Assembly (NCBI RefSeq): GCF_009834535.1
Contig: NC_045725.1
Span: forward strand, 2,790,001 to 2,854,000
DNA length: 64,000 bases
From: Camelus ferus
Taxonomy: Eukaryota
Reading direction: 5' to 3'
The position numbers were made by a program, and so were the translations under genes. Within the stretch, counting starts at the first letter, position 1; each line of letters opens with the position of its first letter. The notes under the pieces were generated by a model. That model did no database searches. It was not told the origin of the DNA and saw only the letters and a list, made by a program, of their open reading frames with translations. This document shows positions 11,372 through 25,580 of this stretch, piece after piece.

Positions 11372-13800
11372 ACTTTTTATTTTGAGATAATTGTAGATTC
11401 ATATGCAATTGTGGGAAATAATACAGAGAGATTCTTACACCCTCTGTAACATCTTGCAAGACGATAGTACAGTCTCATAACCAGGAAGCCAGCGCTGGTA
11501 CAACCCGTCAGCCGTACTGAGATTTCACCAGTCTACACGTCCCGTGTGTCTGTGTGTGTCGTTCTGTGTGGTTTTGTCACGCGTGTAGAACCGTGTGGCC
11601 GCCCACAGTAGGTAAGAGGGTTCCACCCCAGGCTCCCTCTGGGTGCCAACTTCCCCCCACCCCAGGCCCTTGGCAACCACCCATCAGTTCCCCATTTTCT
11701 GTAATGTCATCATTTCAGAAATGCTTTCTAAATGGAATTAGACCACATTCAGCCGTTTTTGATTGGCTTTTTTCACTCACTGCTGTTCTCCTGCAGTTTC
11801 TCCAAGTTGTTGAGGATGCCGGGAGCTCATTCTTTTTTTATCGCTGAGTAGTGTTCCACGGAATGGATGGCCCTTGCCTCATGGTTTTTTGGTTTTAACC
11901 ATTCACCCTGTGAGGGTTTCCAGTTTGGGGCTATTTGAGTAAAGCTGCTGTGATCACCCATGTCCAGGTTTTTGTGTAAACCCAGCTGTCACTGCTCTGG
12001 GATGAATGCCCGAGAGCACTACCGCTGAGTGACACCGTCAGCGCGCATTCCGTTTTACAAGAACCTGCCCTACTCTTCTCCAGAATGACTGCACCGTTTT
12101 CCATCCCACCAGCCAGGTGTGAGTGACCCAGCATCCCCAAGACCATGACAGCATGGGGCACTGTCACTGTTTTTCGTTTGGGCTGTTCTAACAGGTGTGC
12201 AGTGATACACCACCCGTGATTCTGGTCTGCATTTCCCTCGGGGATGACGATGCCAGTCTTTCCACGTGTGCGTCTGCCTTCTGCGTTCCTCCCGGGGACC
12301 AGCTATCTGTGTCTTTGCCCACTTTCTCGTTGGATTGTTTGGTCTTGGCAGCTCCTCCTCTGTTCTAGGAGGGTCCTGACGGTTTCCAGTCACCCTGTCA
12401 ACCGAGCTTGCCTTCATCCTCTCCACTGGGTCTTCTGCAGAGAGGAGGGTTGTCAGTTCCATGAGGTCCAGTTTATTCACTTTTTCCTTTTATAGGTTGG
12501 GATTTAGGTGTGAGATGCAAGATCCCTTGGTCTACCCTGAGTCTGAAAGCTTTTCTCCTGTTTTTTGTTTTTATTTTCCTACAAGTTTTGTGTTTCGGCG
12601 TTTTACACTGAAGTCTGTTGTCTGTTGTGAGTTAATTTTGGTAGAAGGTGAGAGGTGTCGGTGGAGGGGTTTTGGTTTTCGTTGGTTTCTGTTCCTGCCT
12701 GGGATTGTCCCACTGCTCCCTGACTGTCTGTTGAAAAGACGACTCTTCCTCCAGCAGACTGCTTTTGCATCTTTGTCAGAGGTCGTGCTCACATACTTGT
12801 CTGGCTCCGTTTCTGGGTTCCCTGACTGTTCCCTTGGTCAAGATGTCTGTGCCTCCACCACGACCACACTGCTGAGCACTGTGGCTGGAGGGTGAACCTT
12901 ACCATCAGGTCGAGTGAGTCCTCCCACTTTTCTTCTTTATCAAAATGCTGTCAGCTGTTCCAGCTGTTCCATCATCCCATACATTTTAGAAAAAGCTTGT
13001 TTGTATCTACAGGACCCTCGGAATTTTTATGGGAATTTCATCAAGTCAGAGGGACTTGGGGAGAATTAACAGTTTTCCTGTGTGGTGTCTTCCCCACCAT
13101 GACGACAGGTTGTCTCTATTTAGACCTTCTTTGGTTTCTTTCGTCAGTGTTTTGTAATTTTAAGCACATAGATTCTGAATCTGTGGGGTTTTATTAGGGT
13201 ATACCGAAGTATTGCATTTTATTTGGAGTAATTTTAAATGGTGTCACGTTTTAACTTCAGTTTCTACACATTTGTAGTTAGCATGTACAAATGTACGTGA
13301 CTTTTGTGCATCGTTCTTGTGTCCTGCAACCTTGCTGAACCCCCTTGCTAAGTCTAGGAGGTTTGAGGTAGATTCCTCGTGATGCCCATGCAGACCATCA
13401 TGTCATCTATAAATAAGGAAATGTTACTTCTCCTTTCCAACCTCTGTCTGTTTTATTTCTTTTTCTTGTCTCATTGCAACAGAACTCCCAGGGCTGTGCT
13501 GAATAAGAGTTGCAGGAGTGGACATCCTTGCCTTATTCCTGATCCAAGGGGTAAAGCATTCACTTTGTCACCGCTAAGGACGATGTAGCTGTAGAGTTTC
13601 TGTCAAAGTTCTTTATTACATTGAGGAAGTGCCCCCTCTATTCCTCACTTACTGTGAGGTTGCATCGTGAGTGGGTGTTGGATGTTTCCTGCCAGTTGAT
13701 AGGCTCCTGTGATTTTCCTTCTTCAACCTGTTAGTGTGATGGGCTGTACCGATTCATGTTCGAGTTGGCATTGAAACATCCTTGCATGTCTGGAGCGTGG
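11372..13800 (-). mobile_element. 5'-truncated old L1 (L1MB/L1MC-like), 3' UTR plus ORF2 remnant
   Basis: 3' end TTTTTATTTTGAGATAATTGTAGATTCA. Minus-strand ORF 12070-12480 contains NNPTRKWAK...YHCTPVRTAQTKNSD...WWDGK, a decayed match to the L1 ORF2 C-terminus (NNPIKKWAK...YHLTPVRMAIIKK...CWWECK). Confidence 0.85.
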
Positions 13801-13944
13801 GGTTGGCCGGCGCTGTGTGTTAGAGCAGCGTCTTGTAAGTAGGAACGAACCCCTTCCCCAAGTGTAATTTTACCTAAGGCTTACTGCTGTGAACTTCTCA
13901 GCATGAGGGTTTATTTCTGCATGATGTCTGTTGTCTCATACGTG

Positions 13945-13985
13945 TGTATATACCTATATATATATATATGTGTGACATATATAAA
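13945..13985. repeat. (TA)n microsatellite
   Basis: GTATATACCTATATATATATATATGTGTGACATATATA. Confidence 0.8.
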
Positions 13986-16900
13986 ACCCATAAAGAAGCC
14001 TAACTTATCTCCTCCCACCCCTCACACAGACTTATCTTCTAAAAGAACACTAAAAAGTGAAATAATGGTGTCCCGCCAGGGCCCCACAGGCACCCTGGGG
14101 TCAGACGTCCTCCCAGGAGGCAGAGGCTCCCAGGCTCCCCTGCTCCCCAGTGATGCCGATTTCCTCTCCATCCCTTGAGGACCCTCTGAATCGAGCAACA
14201 TCCTCATCTTATTACCCCAAGGAAATGGGAGTTCTCAGCAGTCAGCAGACCTGGGGGGTCGTGTGTGTGAGGTCCAGTGCATCCTCTGCTCTGTCCAGTG
14301 ACCCGTGTGACGGCCGGTGACACTCACCCTGTGCTCCTGAGGTCTTGGAGCACGTGCCCAAAGCCAGGCATCCGAGACCATGCCTTCTTAAGTCACTGTT
14401 CCCTGGGTGGGAGGGACAGCAGGCCACCCTCCTGACCCCCAGCCAACACCAGGCCTCGTACCCACGTGGGCCACACACTCTGGGGACCAATCAGACATCA
14501 GGGGCTTTTGCTTTAAGAAGAGCTCATTTTTAAAGGAAAGAATAGATGTGAAAATACGAAAAACAGACGCATTTCTCATCAAGGCGGTGCGCCACGCCAC
14601 ACCAAACCAGTGCTGCTTGTGCAGAGGGGTCGGGGCTGAGAGCTGGGGACGAGAGGGCGACGCCCTCCAGTGTGGGAAAGGGCTCCTCTGAGGCCTGAAG
14701 CCGCAGCCTTTGACAGGAAATGAGTTTCTGCTCAGAGCCCCTTGGCGGCTTTTCTTGAGGATGCGATGTTCCTCTTTGGTATGAGTTGTAGATTTTAAAA
14801 CGCAGAAAAGGCTGTTTCACTGAACGCGCTAGTTTTTAACATCACGCTGATTCCGGCTGCGTGGCAGTTAGGCTTGGATTCGGTCCCTGTCTCCCCTGTG
14901 TCAGAACCACCTAGAAAACAGAGACGGGTGCCGGTGCCCCTGGCGCGAGGCAGTTGACTGGACAGCCTTTTGTGCTGGGTTTTGCTCTGATTGGTGGCCA
15001 GCACGCAGCGCTGACCATCCGACGGCAGCTCTGAGCCACACCAAGGAGCACCAGGTCACGCCCCTGCCGTGCGGACCCTGCAGACGACAGCGGGGGCACC
15101 CGGGGTTCTGTGGTGGCCCGAGGTCCCAGCTGGTGAGGGCTGCAGCTCAGGGGGGGCCCAACCCTTCGGCCACCAGCTCCCTGGCTGGACCGAGACTTCC
15201 CGTAAGTCGTGGCTGGACGGCAGGCGGAGGCACTAGCGGGACATGCCTTGTTGTCATTTGGTTTTCTGAGGTGTAGGTTTCAAGGAACGACTCCTCTAGA
15301 TGGCACGTAAATGTCCCCTGGTTTCTCAGGAGTCGGGGTAGGAGGGTGGAGGCGGTGAGGGTTAGGTTTTGTCGGAGGGAGGGGAGCCCAGTTGCCCCCA
15401 GCAGACATCGTCCTCACCCTGGATGTGTTAAGTAGGCTGAGGGCCCCTGCTGGCCTGGTCACCACTGATAGCAGCACCCACAAGTGTCAACCCCACCTTC
15501 GGGGGTGTCAGGCCACAGAGGATCTCCCCAAGTGGGCTCCTGTCCCAGACCGCATCCTGCCTTCCCTGCAGTTAGCAGTGTCTGTCACTGCAGCCCTGCG
15601 GGCAGGAGCAGAAAGCTGGGTGCAAAGACAGCTCCTCCAGCAAAGAGCTCGCAGACTCACGGACCTCCCTGGTCTCCCTGCCATCATTCGCCCACCTAAC
15701 CAGGGACAGAGGAGAGCTCAGCTTGCGCTGACCTCGACCGGAGTCTGAGCACCTGCCTGAATTGGTTCAGATTAGGTGGGGGACTGGTTCTGGGAGGGGG
15801 ACACCAGCGCCCAACCCAAGTGTCTGCTGCGGCCGGAGCCCACGTCCTGCGTCCCACGAGGCTGCAGGACGAGGGTGACGCCTAGTGTCCCCCCAGGGCT
15901 CCGCCAGCCACCTGCGTGCAAGCCATCCAGAACTCACACTAAATGCAGAGTCCTGGCCCCCTGTCTCAGGGACACCACACACAGCCTTGGGGTCCGGGCC
16001 CAGGAATCTGTAGTAAGGGGACCACTGCTCAGGGAAAGAGGGGGCGGTGCCCGACGCGTGGCTCGGCGGCGCAGGTCTCCCTGAGCGCCTCTGCCCGCAA
16101 TGCACGCGGCGACGCGCTGCAGCATTTCTGTCTGTCTCACTGACACACTGACTCGTGGAAAGTCCCGTCCCGTCCCGACAACACGTTCTCCTTTCTGTCA
16201 TTTAGTTTTGATTCTCTCTCCATTTGGAGAATCACACTCTCTTTCCTGCCGGGAGCGCCGGCGTCTCTGACGGGGAATATTTATGGCTGGTTATATTCCT
16301 CACCAGGCTTCCTGTATGGTTGGAACCTAACATTTTTGCTAAACTTGCAAGGAAAGCAAAAAATCCAGAGCTGTGTGGCAGGCTTCCCAGACAGAGCAGA
16401 CACACAACTGAGTATTTTAAATTCCCTGACCCTCCAGGATGTGCAGAAGGCGACACCATGCCTTTCCAGGCACACCCGGATCAGACCAGGCAGCTCCTGC
16501 CGTGAGGTGGTGGGGGGGGGGTGTCGTGTCGTTGGAGAGCCCCGAGTCTGCAGACGGGTTTCCCAGGGCATGACACTTGTCCCACCCCCTGCAGGAGGCC
16601 CAGGGCTGCACCTGGCGGAGCAGAGGGGCCGCAGGAGCTGTTTCTCACCCACACGGTGCTGGAAGGTTGGCTCTGCCCTATACCAGTTCCCTCTCCGGGT
16701 CTCTCCCGGCGACCTTGAGCCTCTCCTCGTGCCCTGTCTGGGAATCTTCTGGGTTCTTCCCCCAATTCCTGGTCAAAAATCATATTTGTCTGCTCCTGCC
16801 TGGGGTGGTCCCCTGACCCGGTTTCTGGGATGCCCATCTCCCCTGCGGGGCGTTTCACAGCCGTGGCTCTGTTCTCTGGTTTTGATAACATCTGGTTTAT

Positions 16901-17640
16901 AAGGGGTTCAGTGTTCCACCAGGCACTTGCATCCTGGGAAACTTAAAATAGGTTTTCCCGGTCTCACGTCATCCGCCTAGCGCACAGCGGGGGTATTTGT
17001 TGCGTCCACGGATGGCAGGTTCCATCAGCCCCAGTCGTCACCATCCAACTGACGCACTGCAGAGCCTGAATTTTGCAGAAGTCCTTTGCCCACGTCTGTT
17101 CTGCACCAATCAGAAGAACGTGGGCCGTGATTTATTCAGCTCACTGTGTTGCCTTCAAAGACCAGACAAAGCAGGAGCTTAATAAAACAAACAAAAATGA
17201 TTTTCACATTTTAGCAGCTGGGTTTCTCTTGGGAGGGAGCGGGGGAGAGTGGTTTTTTTCCTGATTCTCTCAGGTGTCTGAAAACATAATGACCTTGGAC
17301 TAGAGATTATGGAGTGTAGTCACCAGCTGCAGCTGGTGTCCTGGAAGTACAGAGGGTAAGTCGCATGCCTGTCGGGCCGAGTGCAGCTCTGCGTCTGCGC
17401 ACCACCCCGTGCTGCTCCGTGAGAGGTGCTGTGAGAAGGAAGGCGGCGATCTTCTGCTCCGGCGGTGTCTCTGTGTGTCAGGGCTTCTCTTTGAAGAGAG
17501 GAGGATTTAGAGCGGGTGTTAGAAGCTGGCCTTACTCGTTTCCGACAGTGTCTGGGAACCGTGGTGCGAAGGGGACACAGCCACAGACAGGGTAGACAGC
17601 CTTCCTGGAAATGCAGTGAAGCGTCACGGTTAAAGCCCTG

Positions 17641-17724
17641 TTATGTAACTGAATCACTTTGCTGTGCACCTGAGACTAACACTGTAAACAGACTACACTT
17701 CAATAAAACATAAGAATTAAAAAA
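17641..17724 (+). mobile_element. Short L1 3' terminus (cetartiodactyl/L1MA-type tail)
   Basis: GAATCACTTTGCTGTGCACCTGAGACTAAC...ACTACACTTCAATAAAA followed by an A-rich tail. Confidence 0.7.
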
Positions 17725-20700
17725 GCCACATTATGTAACAGTCCTGACACCAATGTGTATACACATTTCTATAGATGTTTTTCACAGGGGCTTAGCAACA
17801 CCAGAATAAAGGGCACGATTAGGAACTTAACGAAAATTTCAACGTGAAGGTAGATTAAAACCCGGACTGATTTTCACACCATTTTTTTAAGCCACATTTG
17901 TCCGTGAAGCGAGCAGAGGCCCCAGGCGTCACTTTGGCGTGGGCGACTGTGATGCAGCCATCACAGGGTCTTAAGTCTCTGAGGCTGAACTTCATTTGCT
18001 TCCATGACACGTGTAAAGAAGAGCCAGGAAAGTGCACCCGGGCCCCTTCCAGAGCCTCGCGCCGGCCTCTCTCCATGGCGCTGCGCTGCCGTGAGCCCCG
18101 GGGTCCGCCGGGCTCTGAGGGCGGTGACTCCAGAGGCCTCCACTTCCCGGTCAGAGCACTCTGCCCAGCTGCTCTCCCTGCGCAGGGCTGGTGGGGGGTT
18201 TGCCACTCATTACAGACACCCGGGAGCTCCGTGCTGGGGACCCAGGGGGGAGACACAGAAATGCCCAGAGGAGAGGGGCCGTAGGTGTTCATTCATCCCT
18301 CAGAGCAGGTGGAGCCCAGACCCAAACCGTGCCCGAGGGCTTCGTGAAAGAAAGAAAACACACGCAGCTGAGGTCTGTGCACGGCGCAGGCCTGGCTGTG
18401 TGTTGTGGCCCCTGTGTGTGCGGCCCACGTCTGCACGGCTGGCCGGCTGGGAGCCGGGGAACCAGGATGCCGCTCTCGCCGAAGCCCAGGCGAAGCGCCA
18501 GATGCGTGGACTGACCTGCTTTCAGAGGTTTCTATTCTAATATTTGGATGAGGCTTACAGGAGAGTGTAGTTCGAAATCAGCCCTTTGAAAGGTCATGAA
18601 TTCATTAAGAACTCTCCCCACCAAATCTATAGGTGCCTCGTTTCCACATATTTGAATTCAGCCACGTCGTGACTAGTGATTCGTGGGCTGAGCTCAGATC
18701 CCTGCTGGTTTGATGACATGTCTTCCTGCCTCCAGGATGGATCTGCCAGCCACCCAGGGAGGGTCTGCGTTTGCCCCCGACGGTGTATCCCCAGGGACCT
18801 CCCTGGACCGGCCACAGGTTCCAGCATCTGCCCGCCGCTCCCCACCGCCGTGTCTGCTCCCCTGGGCCCCCTGCTGTGGAGGCTTCATCTACAGTGAGGG
18901 GACCCCTGTGGCCCTGCCTCCACCCACCGCCCTCGGTGCTCAGTGCCCCGCCCCGTCTGCGCCAAGTTCCTCAGGGGCAGCACCGCGCTCGGCAGGGTGC
19001 TGCCCACACTTCCTTTTTGTGGTGTCCTTTGTTCCTGCTGAAAAGGGCTTCCGTTTTTGGGGACCCTGCCCCAGGGAGGCCCTCAGCCGCCTGGCCCCTC
19101 AGCAGTCCTCTTGGTGACCTGGGCTGCTCCATCTGGCCAGGCTGGTCCTACGGCCACGCCAGCCCCTCCAGCCTCCCTGGTTCACTCGTGGCTCTGCTCA
19201 CAGGTGGCGCTGTGCTCCAGGGGCGGCTCTGGTGGTCTCAAAACATGCATGTGCTCCTTGTGACATACGTGTGTGACTGTGCGTGCGTGTGTGCATTGTG
19301 AATGTGTACCCGTGCGTGCACACTCAGACCGAGCTCTGCTCTGCTCTTCCCCTGCTCACCAGCATCCAGTAGACACTCGAGGAGTTTCGTGTGCCTCGTT
19401 GGGACCTGGCCCCCAGCCTTGGGCCCAGTTGTCCGTGTGTTGGACATGATACAGCAGCTTTGCTTAAACCTTGTCAGGAAAGGCTGGATTTTTAAAGATC
19501 CCAGGGGTTGCAGAGCAGGTGTGGGAGCCCACACCATCCCTGTGGGAATCAGTGCAGCACCCCATCCAGCCCCCTCATTTCCCCCAGAAAGACAGCAGAC
19601 GGGCCTCAGGGGCACCAGGTGGCCTGTCCGAGGCCACCCTGCTGCTTGTGGGAAATGAGACTTCCTGCCCCAAATGCCCCGTTGCCATCACCTCTCTGGT
19701 CCTTTGAGTCGGTCCTGCGGTGTCTTTGGATGTTACCACCCCTCATTTGAATGCTGTGGTTGACGTCAAATAAGAAGTCACTTATCCACAAAGGCTGTGC
19801 TTTGGGGGGAATATGAGTGAGTGAGACACTTCCTTATAGTTTCAGTGGGTCACAGGTCATCAGATAGACACGACATTGTGAATATTCTCTGCCAAGACCT
19901 TTGCATTTTTCATCTATTTCCTATAAAGGCAACCAGATAATCTTGATTTTGATGGAGAAATTAAATTATAAGTTCTCCACTTTGTGGTAATAAATCATTG
20001 CCTTCTGAAAGGATACTGCCCTTTTTGTTTGTTTGTTTTTGGCCTTAAGGATACCACTCGGCCCTGAACGGCACAGGGAAACCGGGTGACAAGCTCAGGT
20101 CCAAGCCAACCGCTCACTGGCGGCCGTGTGTTCGTTGTCTGGGTGGCACCCTGGAGGTGTTTGCTGGCCACTTATTTAAATGCCATCTTCCAAACACAGA
20201 GTTTGAAAGGAGATTTACCTTTATGACACATTTCTATTGAGCCTCATGATTTACTGTTGCCCTGCAATGGTTTCCCCGTCCGAGGGAGTGAGGTTTGCAC
20301 ACTTGGTCCAAGTCGTCGTTAATGCGTTTGAGTCGTCAGAATGTACATTAAAATGTGTGAAATGGAAGGAAAGTGCCCTTTTACTCTCCCTGCAGCTCTT
20401 TTCCTTAATAACTCCAAGACTGATTGTGTCCAGAGTCCTTTTTTTGAAGACATGAAGTGCCCGGCCAAGTCATCAGGTCAGCTCACAGCCGACCTGGACC
20501 CGGAGCTCTGGGCATCGCAGACGGTGCGGCCGCTCCGAGCACAGCTCAGCCCAGGCCCCTGGCCCTGCCTGGTACCTGTGAACCTGGGTCAGCCGGCCTC
20601 TTGGACCTCGTGGGCTTGGTCAGCACAGCCTCTGCCCCAGCCTGGCTGGAGGGCTGGGAGGACGTGCTTCTGAAATGATCTCCACCTGGCCCCGCGCGGA

Positions 20701-20804
20701 GTGGGGACCCCCTCCCGCTGGCCACTCTCTGAGGCTTCCCGACTCCAGGGCAGGGTCCTTTCCACTGAGTCGTGCCCCCTTGGGACGTATCTCCCTCCCT
20801 TCTG

Positions 20805-20990
20805 GTTTTTTAAAATTCTATTTCTTACTGAAGTGTGTTGACTTACAATGTCAGTTTCAGGTGTACAGCAAAGCGATTCAGTGACACATACACATGCACA
20901 GATATCTATTCCTTTTCATATTCTTCTTCATTAGAGGTATTACAAGATATTGATATACTGTGCTATACAGTAGAAACTTGTGGCAGTGTG
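20805..20990 (-). mobile_element. L1 3' terminus, same family as 17641 and 40078
   Basis: TTTTTTAAA...CTGAAGTGTGTTGACTTACAATGTCAGTTTCAGGTGTACAGCAAAGCGATTCAG...CTGTGCTATACAGTAG. Confidence 0.75.
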
Positions 20991-22814
20991 TCTGTAATTG
21001 TCACCCACCCGCATCCTTTATCTTCTGAAATGCCGCACGCCTGTGTGAAGACGTGCGCCTATCACATCAGCTCTGAGTGTGTGCAGGCGGGACTGATGAG
21101 GCTGAGGACGATGCTCACATTCTTTTCCTTGATTAGCATCTGGAAGGTTCTGGGAGGAGGTCTCCCAGGAAAATGGTGCCAGAGAGGAGACTGCCCCTCC
21201 CCCGTGGGACTACTGCGGGGTCGGTGATTTGAAACTGGAGGTTTGAGAGCAGCAGTTGTAGAATTCAGGTGTCCTCTGTGTTTTCAGAAAGATTTGGTTT
21301 ATTTCAGTCGAGACTCAGACCGTAGCTCTTTTGGCCCCAGGCCGCCTGCAAGCCCGTGGGCTCAGTCAGCGCATTCCTCCCCGAGCCCCGCACTCTTGCG
21401 CCATCATCCTGCCTGAGGTCAGGGAATCTGTGAGTTGCTCCATTCTTCTGCAATCTGTTGTGCAGGTGGATTAAAACACACTTAGCTCGACAAGTTCTAG
21501 CCTTTGAGCACTGGCTCTGGCCTGGAGCGACGCCCAGGGCGTCACGTTTCCTCGGTTATCAGCGCTAGGGTCCTGGTCGTGTGCCCTCGGGGACTGGCAC
21601 AGTGGCACATTTTGCAGTCGGTGACCCTGCTGCAGGCACGCAGGGCCGCTCCCGGAAGTCCAGCCCCCGCTGGGTCCCCTGCTCCTCCGACTGAGGGCTT
21701 GTATCTTCAGGTGCCTGTGAAATATTAACCAGTTATTTCCACAGCCCCTCCCGGAAGTAGCATTTACCCTCCTGGGTTTACAGATAAGGAGGAACTGGGG
21801 ACCAAACCTCAGAACAAGCAGAAGAGCGCCCACCAGAAGGGGCCCACCCCGGGCACCTCTGGGACTCGAGCCCTGGGACTTCCTCTCTGAAACCCCCATG
21901 CCTGTCCCAGCTGCTGGTCCTCCCGGGGGGCAGCCTGTGCACAGTGTGGCCAGTGGGACCCGCGGTTCATGCCCGTGACCGGGTTAGGCCACCAGGACTG
22001 GGATGTCTCCAGATGCTGCCCCACTTGCCCCTGAACCCCACTCCCAAGCATCAGAAAGGCTGTCTCCACACGACTGCAGGACTGGAGTGCCCGTTACCCA
22101 GCAAGGCCACTTTTCCTGGGACCCTCTGCTTTCACACGGACAATTTCGGCTTTCCTTGCAGGAGCTACAAAAAGCTAAGCATGCTACGTGGTCATAGACT
22201 CGCGTGAATATCTGAACAAGAAATTCTGAAAGTTAATCCAACTTAGCATTAGTGAACCATTGTTTAATCTACTTCCTTCTTCCTTTAAGAAAATGCTTCA
22301 TTGGAGTTGAGAAAGGGGCTGTACCAGCGGCACTGCAAGCCGGGAACCCAGACGTCCTTGGCTGCCCGTTCTGCAACGGCTCAATCTGCCAAGTCAGCCG
22401 ACACCCTGGGCACCAGGCTCGAGGGACCAGTCAGCCTCCATCAAGCTCCATCCTTCTGCAATCCTGTCATTGTCTTTTTAAAGTGGTTTTTGATAACTTT
22501 AAGGCAGTGCTCCTCTGCGATGTGACTCTGATAAGCCTGAGCAAACAAAGGATGGTGGCAACTGGCTTGTGAACATTCCGTGATCACCCAGTGCAGAAAT
22601 TCCCAGCCCCCAAATCTGAGAGCTGGTTTCCTCTCAGGCGCTTCTTATGTGAGTCCAGGTTGGGTGTCTGGGGCTGTCTGAAGTGCCACCAGCCGGGCAG
22701 GGGGTCCTTGAGGACGGGTGGGAGGCAGATCGCAGCTCGCTGTCTGGGAGAACCTTGTTCCAGACGGGCGGGGGCTTCTGAGATGAACCTCTACCCTGTT
22801 CTCCGAGCTGATGG

Positions 22815-23158
22815 GCTGTCTCGGTCCACGCGGGCAGCTGTGACAGGACACCACAGACCGGGGGCTTGTAAACAACAGACGTTCATTTCTCACTGTCTGG
22901 AGGCTACAAATCCAAGATGCAGGGGCCAGCAGATTCGGTGTCTGGTGAGGACTGGATTCCTGGCTCACACACGGCATCTCCGCTCTGTGTCCTCACGTGG
23001 AGCAGCAGTGGGAGCTTTGTGGGATCTCCTTTACTGGGGCCCTGACCCCATCCGTGCCGGTTCTGTCCTCAGACCTATGCAGCTCCGAAGGCCCCCCTCT
23101 GGATGCCATCATCTGGGGGCATGGATTTGGGGAGGACACAGGCATTCGGTCTGTAGCA
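22815..23158 (-). mobile_element. MaLR LTR (MLT1A-like)
   Basis: TGTCTCGGTCC...CACCACAGACCGGGGGCTTGTAAACAACAGACGTTCATTTCTCAC...GATTCGGTGTCTGGTGAGG...GGGGAGGACACAGGCATTCGGTCTGTAGCA. Confidence 0.8.
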
Positions 23159-23484
23159 CAGGGTTCCGGGAGCTCTTTGTCCAGGGACCACGGCACTGGG
23201 GGGGCTTGCTCCTCCCAGCAGGACTGGATTCCTCCCAAAAGTGGGTGAAGGGGCACCACACGTCTCCCGCAGGGAAGACTGTAGTGGTGCCACCTGGAGG
23301 GTCCTGTTCCTCCGTGGATTCCCAATGCTCAGGCACTTCCCTGTCACACCCATGGTTTCTCCTACCTCAGGGCCTTTGTACATGCCATGCCCTCCACCCA
23401 GGCTCTCCCCCTGCTTCCCACAGCATCTCTACCTGCCCCTTCTGCTCACCCCGTCGGCCTCCGTCCACATGCCACTCTCACCCA

Positions 23485-23935
23485 GCATGAGTTTCCCGTG
23501 GCTCCTGTAACCGAAGACCACTGACACTTTGGCTCAAAATGGAAGTGTCTTCACTCACAGCTCTGGAGGCCGGAATTCCAAACCCAAGGCTTCTCAGGGC
23601 CAGGCACCCTCTGAGGGCTCCAGGGGGCCTCTTAGCCCTTCCAGGTTCTGACACTGCCCACAGGCCGTGGCATCCGTCTCCTTGTAGACACGTCTCTCTG
23701 GTCTCTGCCTCTGTCACCACGTGGCATTTCTCCCCAGCTCCTCTGTGTCTGTCCCCCACCCCTTTCTCCTCCAAGGACACCAGTCTTTGGATGGGGTCCA
23801 CCCCAACCCAGTACAGCCTCCTCTTAACTGGATTCCATTTGCAAAGATCCTCTGCCCTAATAAGGTCACAGTCACACATCCTGGGGATTAGGACGTGGTC
23901 CTATCTTTTCAGGGGACACAGCGCAGTGCACCACA
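23485..23935 (-). mobile_element. MaLR LTR (MLT1C/D-like)
   Basis: TGAGTTTCCCGTGGCTCCTGTAAC...CACAGCTCTGGAGGCCGGAATTCC...GCAAAGATCC...AATAAGGTCACAGTCAC...GGGGATTAGGACGTGG...GGGGACACA. Confidence 0.8.
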
Positions 23936-25484
23936 CCCTGGGAAGGGCGTCCTGGCCTCCAGGGTCGGGTAGCATGCCCTCTCCCAGCACGGAGTTACTA
24001 CACTGCCTTTGAAATGTGTGTTCTGGTTCATCTCCTGTATTTGACACCAAATGCAATGAAAACAGCATATTTGTTTGGACCAAGAATAGGCCATCAATAA
24101 AGATTTTGTACAATCTATATTGAGGAAAGGCAGATGGAAAGCTTTATAAAACTGTCACCATTATTGTAGTGTGTTTTCTATGTTGCTTCTAAGATACTGA
24201 GAAAAAGAACCTTAAAAATGGCCTTCTGTGCGCAGACTGTGGGCTCTCTGACTGTCGCTGCCCCCAGATCTGAACGTGAAGTGAGGGAGGACATCTGAGT
24301 GCCCCTCCTGGGGGCAGCAGGGGCGGCATCTGCGTGGTGGGTGGGGGGCTGGGGGGGCAGGTGAGGGGTCTGATTTGTCTCGCAGACACGAGTGAGTCAT
24401 CAGCCAGGGAGGAAGTGGGAGAGGGTCTGGGCCCCTGAGGAGCTTCCCTTAGATGGTGGGAATGTGCTACCTACAGAGGGAGGGGAAGGAAAGCCCACGG
24501 ACCACCCTGAGGCTGACGTGTGGAGTCAGAAATTCAGGGTAAGCTCAGGCTGCGCCCGCCCCCTCCACCCTCCCTGGGACGGTCCCCCTGCCGACACCTC
24601 TGTCCATAACGCTGACTTCACGTCTCCATTATGTACTGCCTGAATTACTTAAATTTAAAATTGTTTGAAAGCCGTCCTTATCGGGCAGGTTGTGAGATTT
24701 CCCGTGGCTCGTGGAGGCAGTGTCTTTGGCTCGTGGTTGGAGCCCCAGGGCCGGCCTTACGGTCCTGCCCAGGAATGGATGTTCCAGTACCCTTCCCTTC
24801 CCTCAGGACCTTCTTTTCCACTTTCCTTGAAAAGGAACCACCCCCTGCTGGATGCCCCCCACGGTCAGTGCCCAGCTTCGCATCCCTCCATCCCTCGTTG
24901 GCAGGGGAGGCAATCAGCTGCCCGCATCCAGCCCCTGACTGTGGTTGTGGTCTTCCCTCTCAGCTGGGAAGGTGCTGCCCAGAGTCCAATGGGTAGATCC
25001 CTGAACGCTCGCTGTGGGGTCCCTCACTTGACCCACCCCTGTGAGCTGGGGAGACCTCAGCCCCGGGCCCTTCTCTGCCCCTCCCCACGGATGACATCCC
25101 ACGAGGGCCTCTCTGTCAGTGCTCACACTTGCCCAAGTTCCAGCAGGACAGAGGAAACAATCACTCTGATCTATTGTCCATGAATAATTGCACCCATGCT
25201 GGATGAGAAGCTAGACCCCCCCACCCCCGGTTCACCACTGACTGTGAAGCAGTGTATTAGCTGAATGTCCTTATGGCAGGAAGGGTGAACTTGGGCAGAT
25301 GAGGTGTATGTGGTCATGACTAACTCCTTACTGGTCTCCTCCGGTGGTCGGCGCCCCGTGTAACGTGCGAGCCGTCCTCCCGGGAAGGGAGGGCGCAGTG
25401 GCCGTGCGGTTGTGCTGTCAGGGGCTGCGGGTTCGAGTCTATGACTCTCTTGAGGCCTCTAAGCCGCACTGCAGGTGTCATGGT

Positions 25485-25580
25485 CTCTGTTTTTACAACT
25501 GAGAAATCAGAAACTCAGAGAATTAAATCTGCTAAGCTCTGCAGTAGATAATTACTGGCAGGCATGGAACTAAAACCCAC
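25485..25580 (-). mobile_element. MIR fragment
   Basis: TTTTACAACTGAGAAATCAGAAACTCAGAGAATTAAA...GGCAGGCATGGAACTAAAACCC resembles the MIR core. Confidence 0.5.

Noticed and set aside
12070-12480. 136-aa minus-strand ORF as a gene
   Set aside because: It is a decayed L1 ORF2 C-terminal fragment.
22591-23490. 299-aa plus-strand ORF
   Set aside because: Starts at GTG, runs across an MLT1 LTR, and has no homology or splice support.
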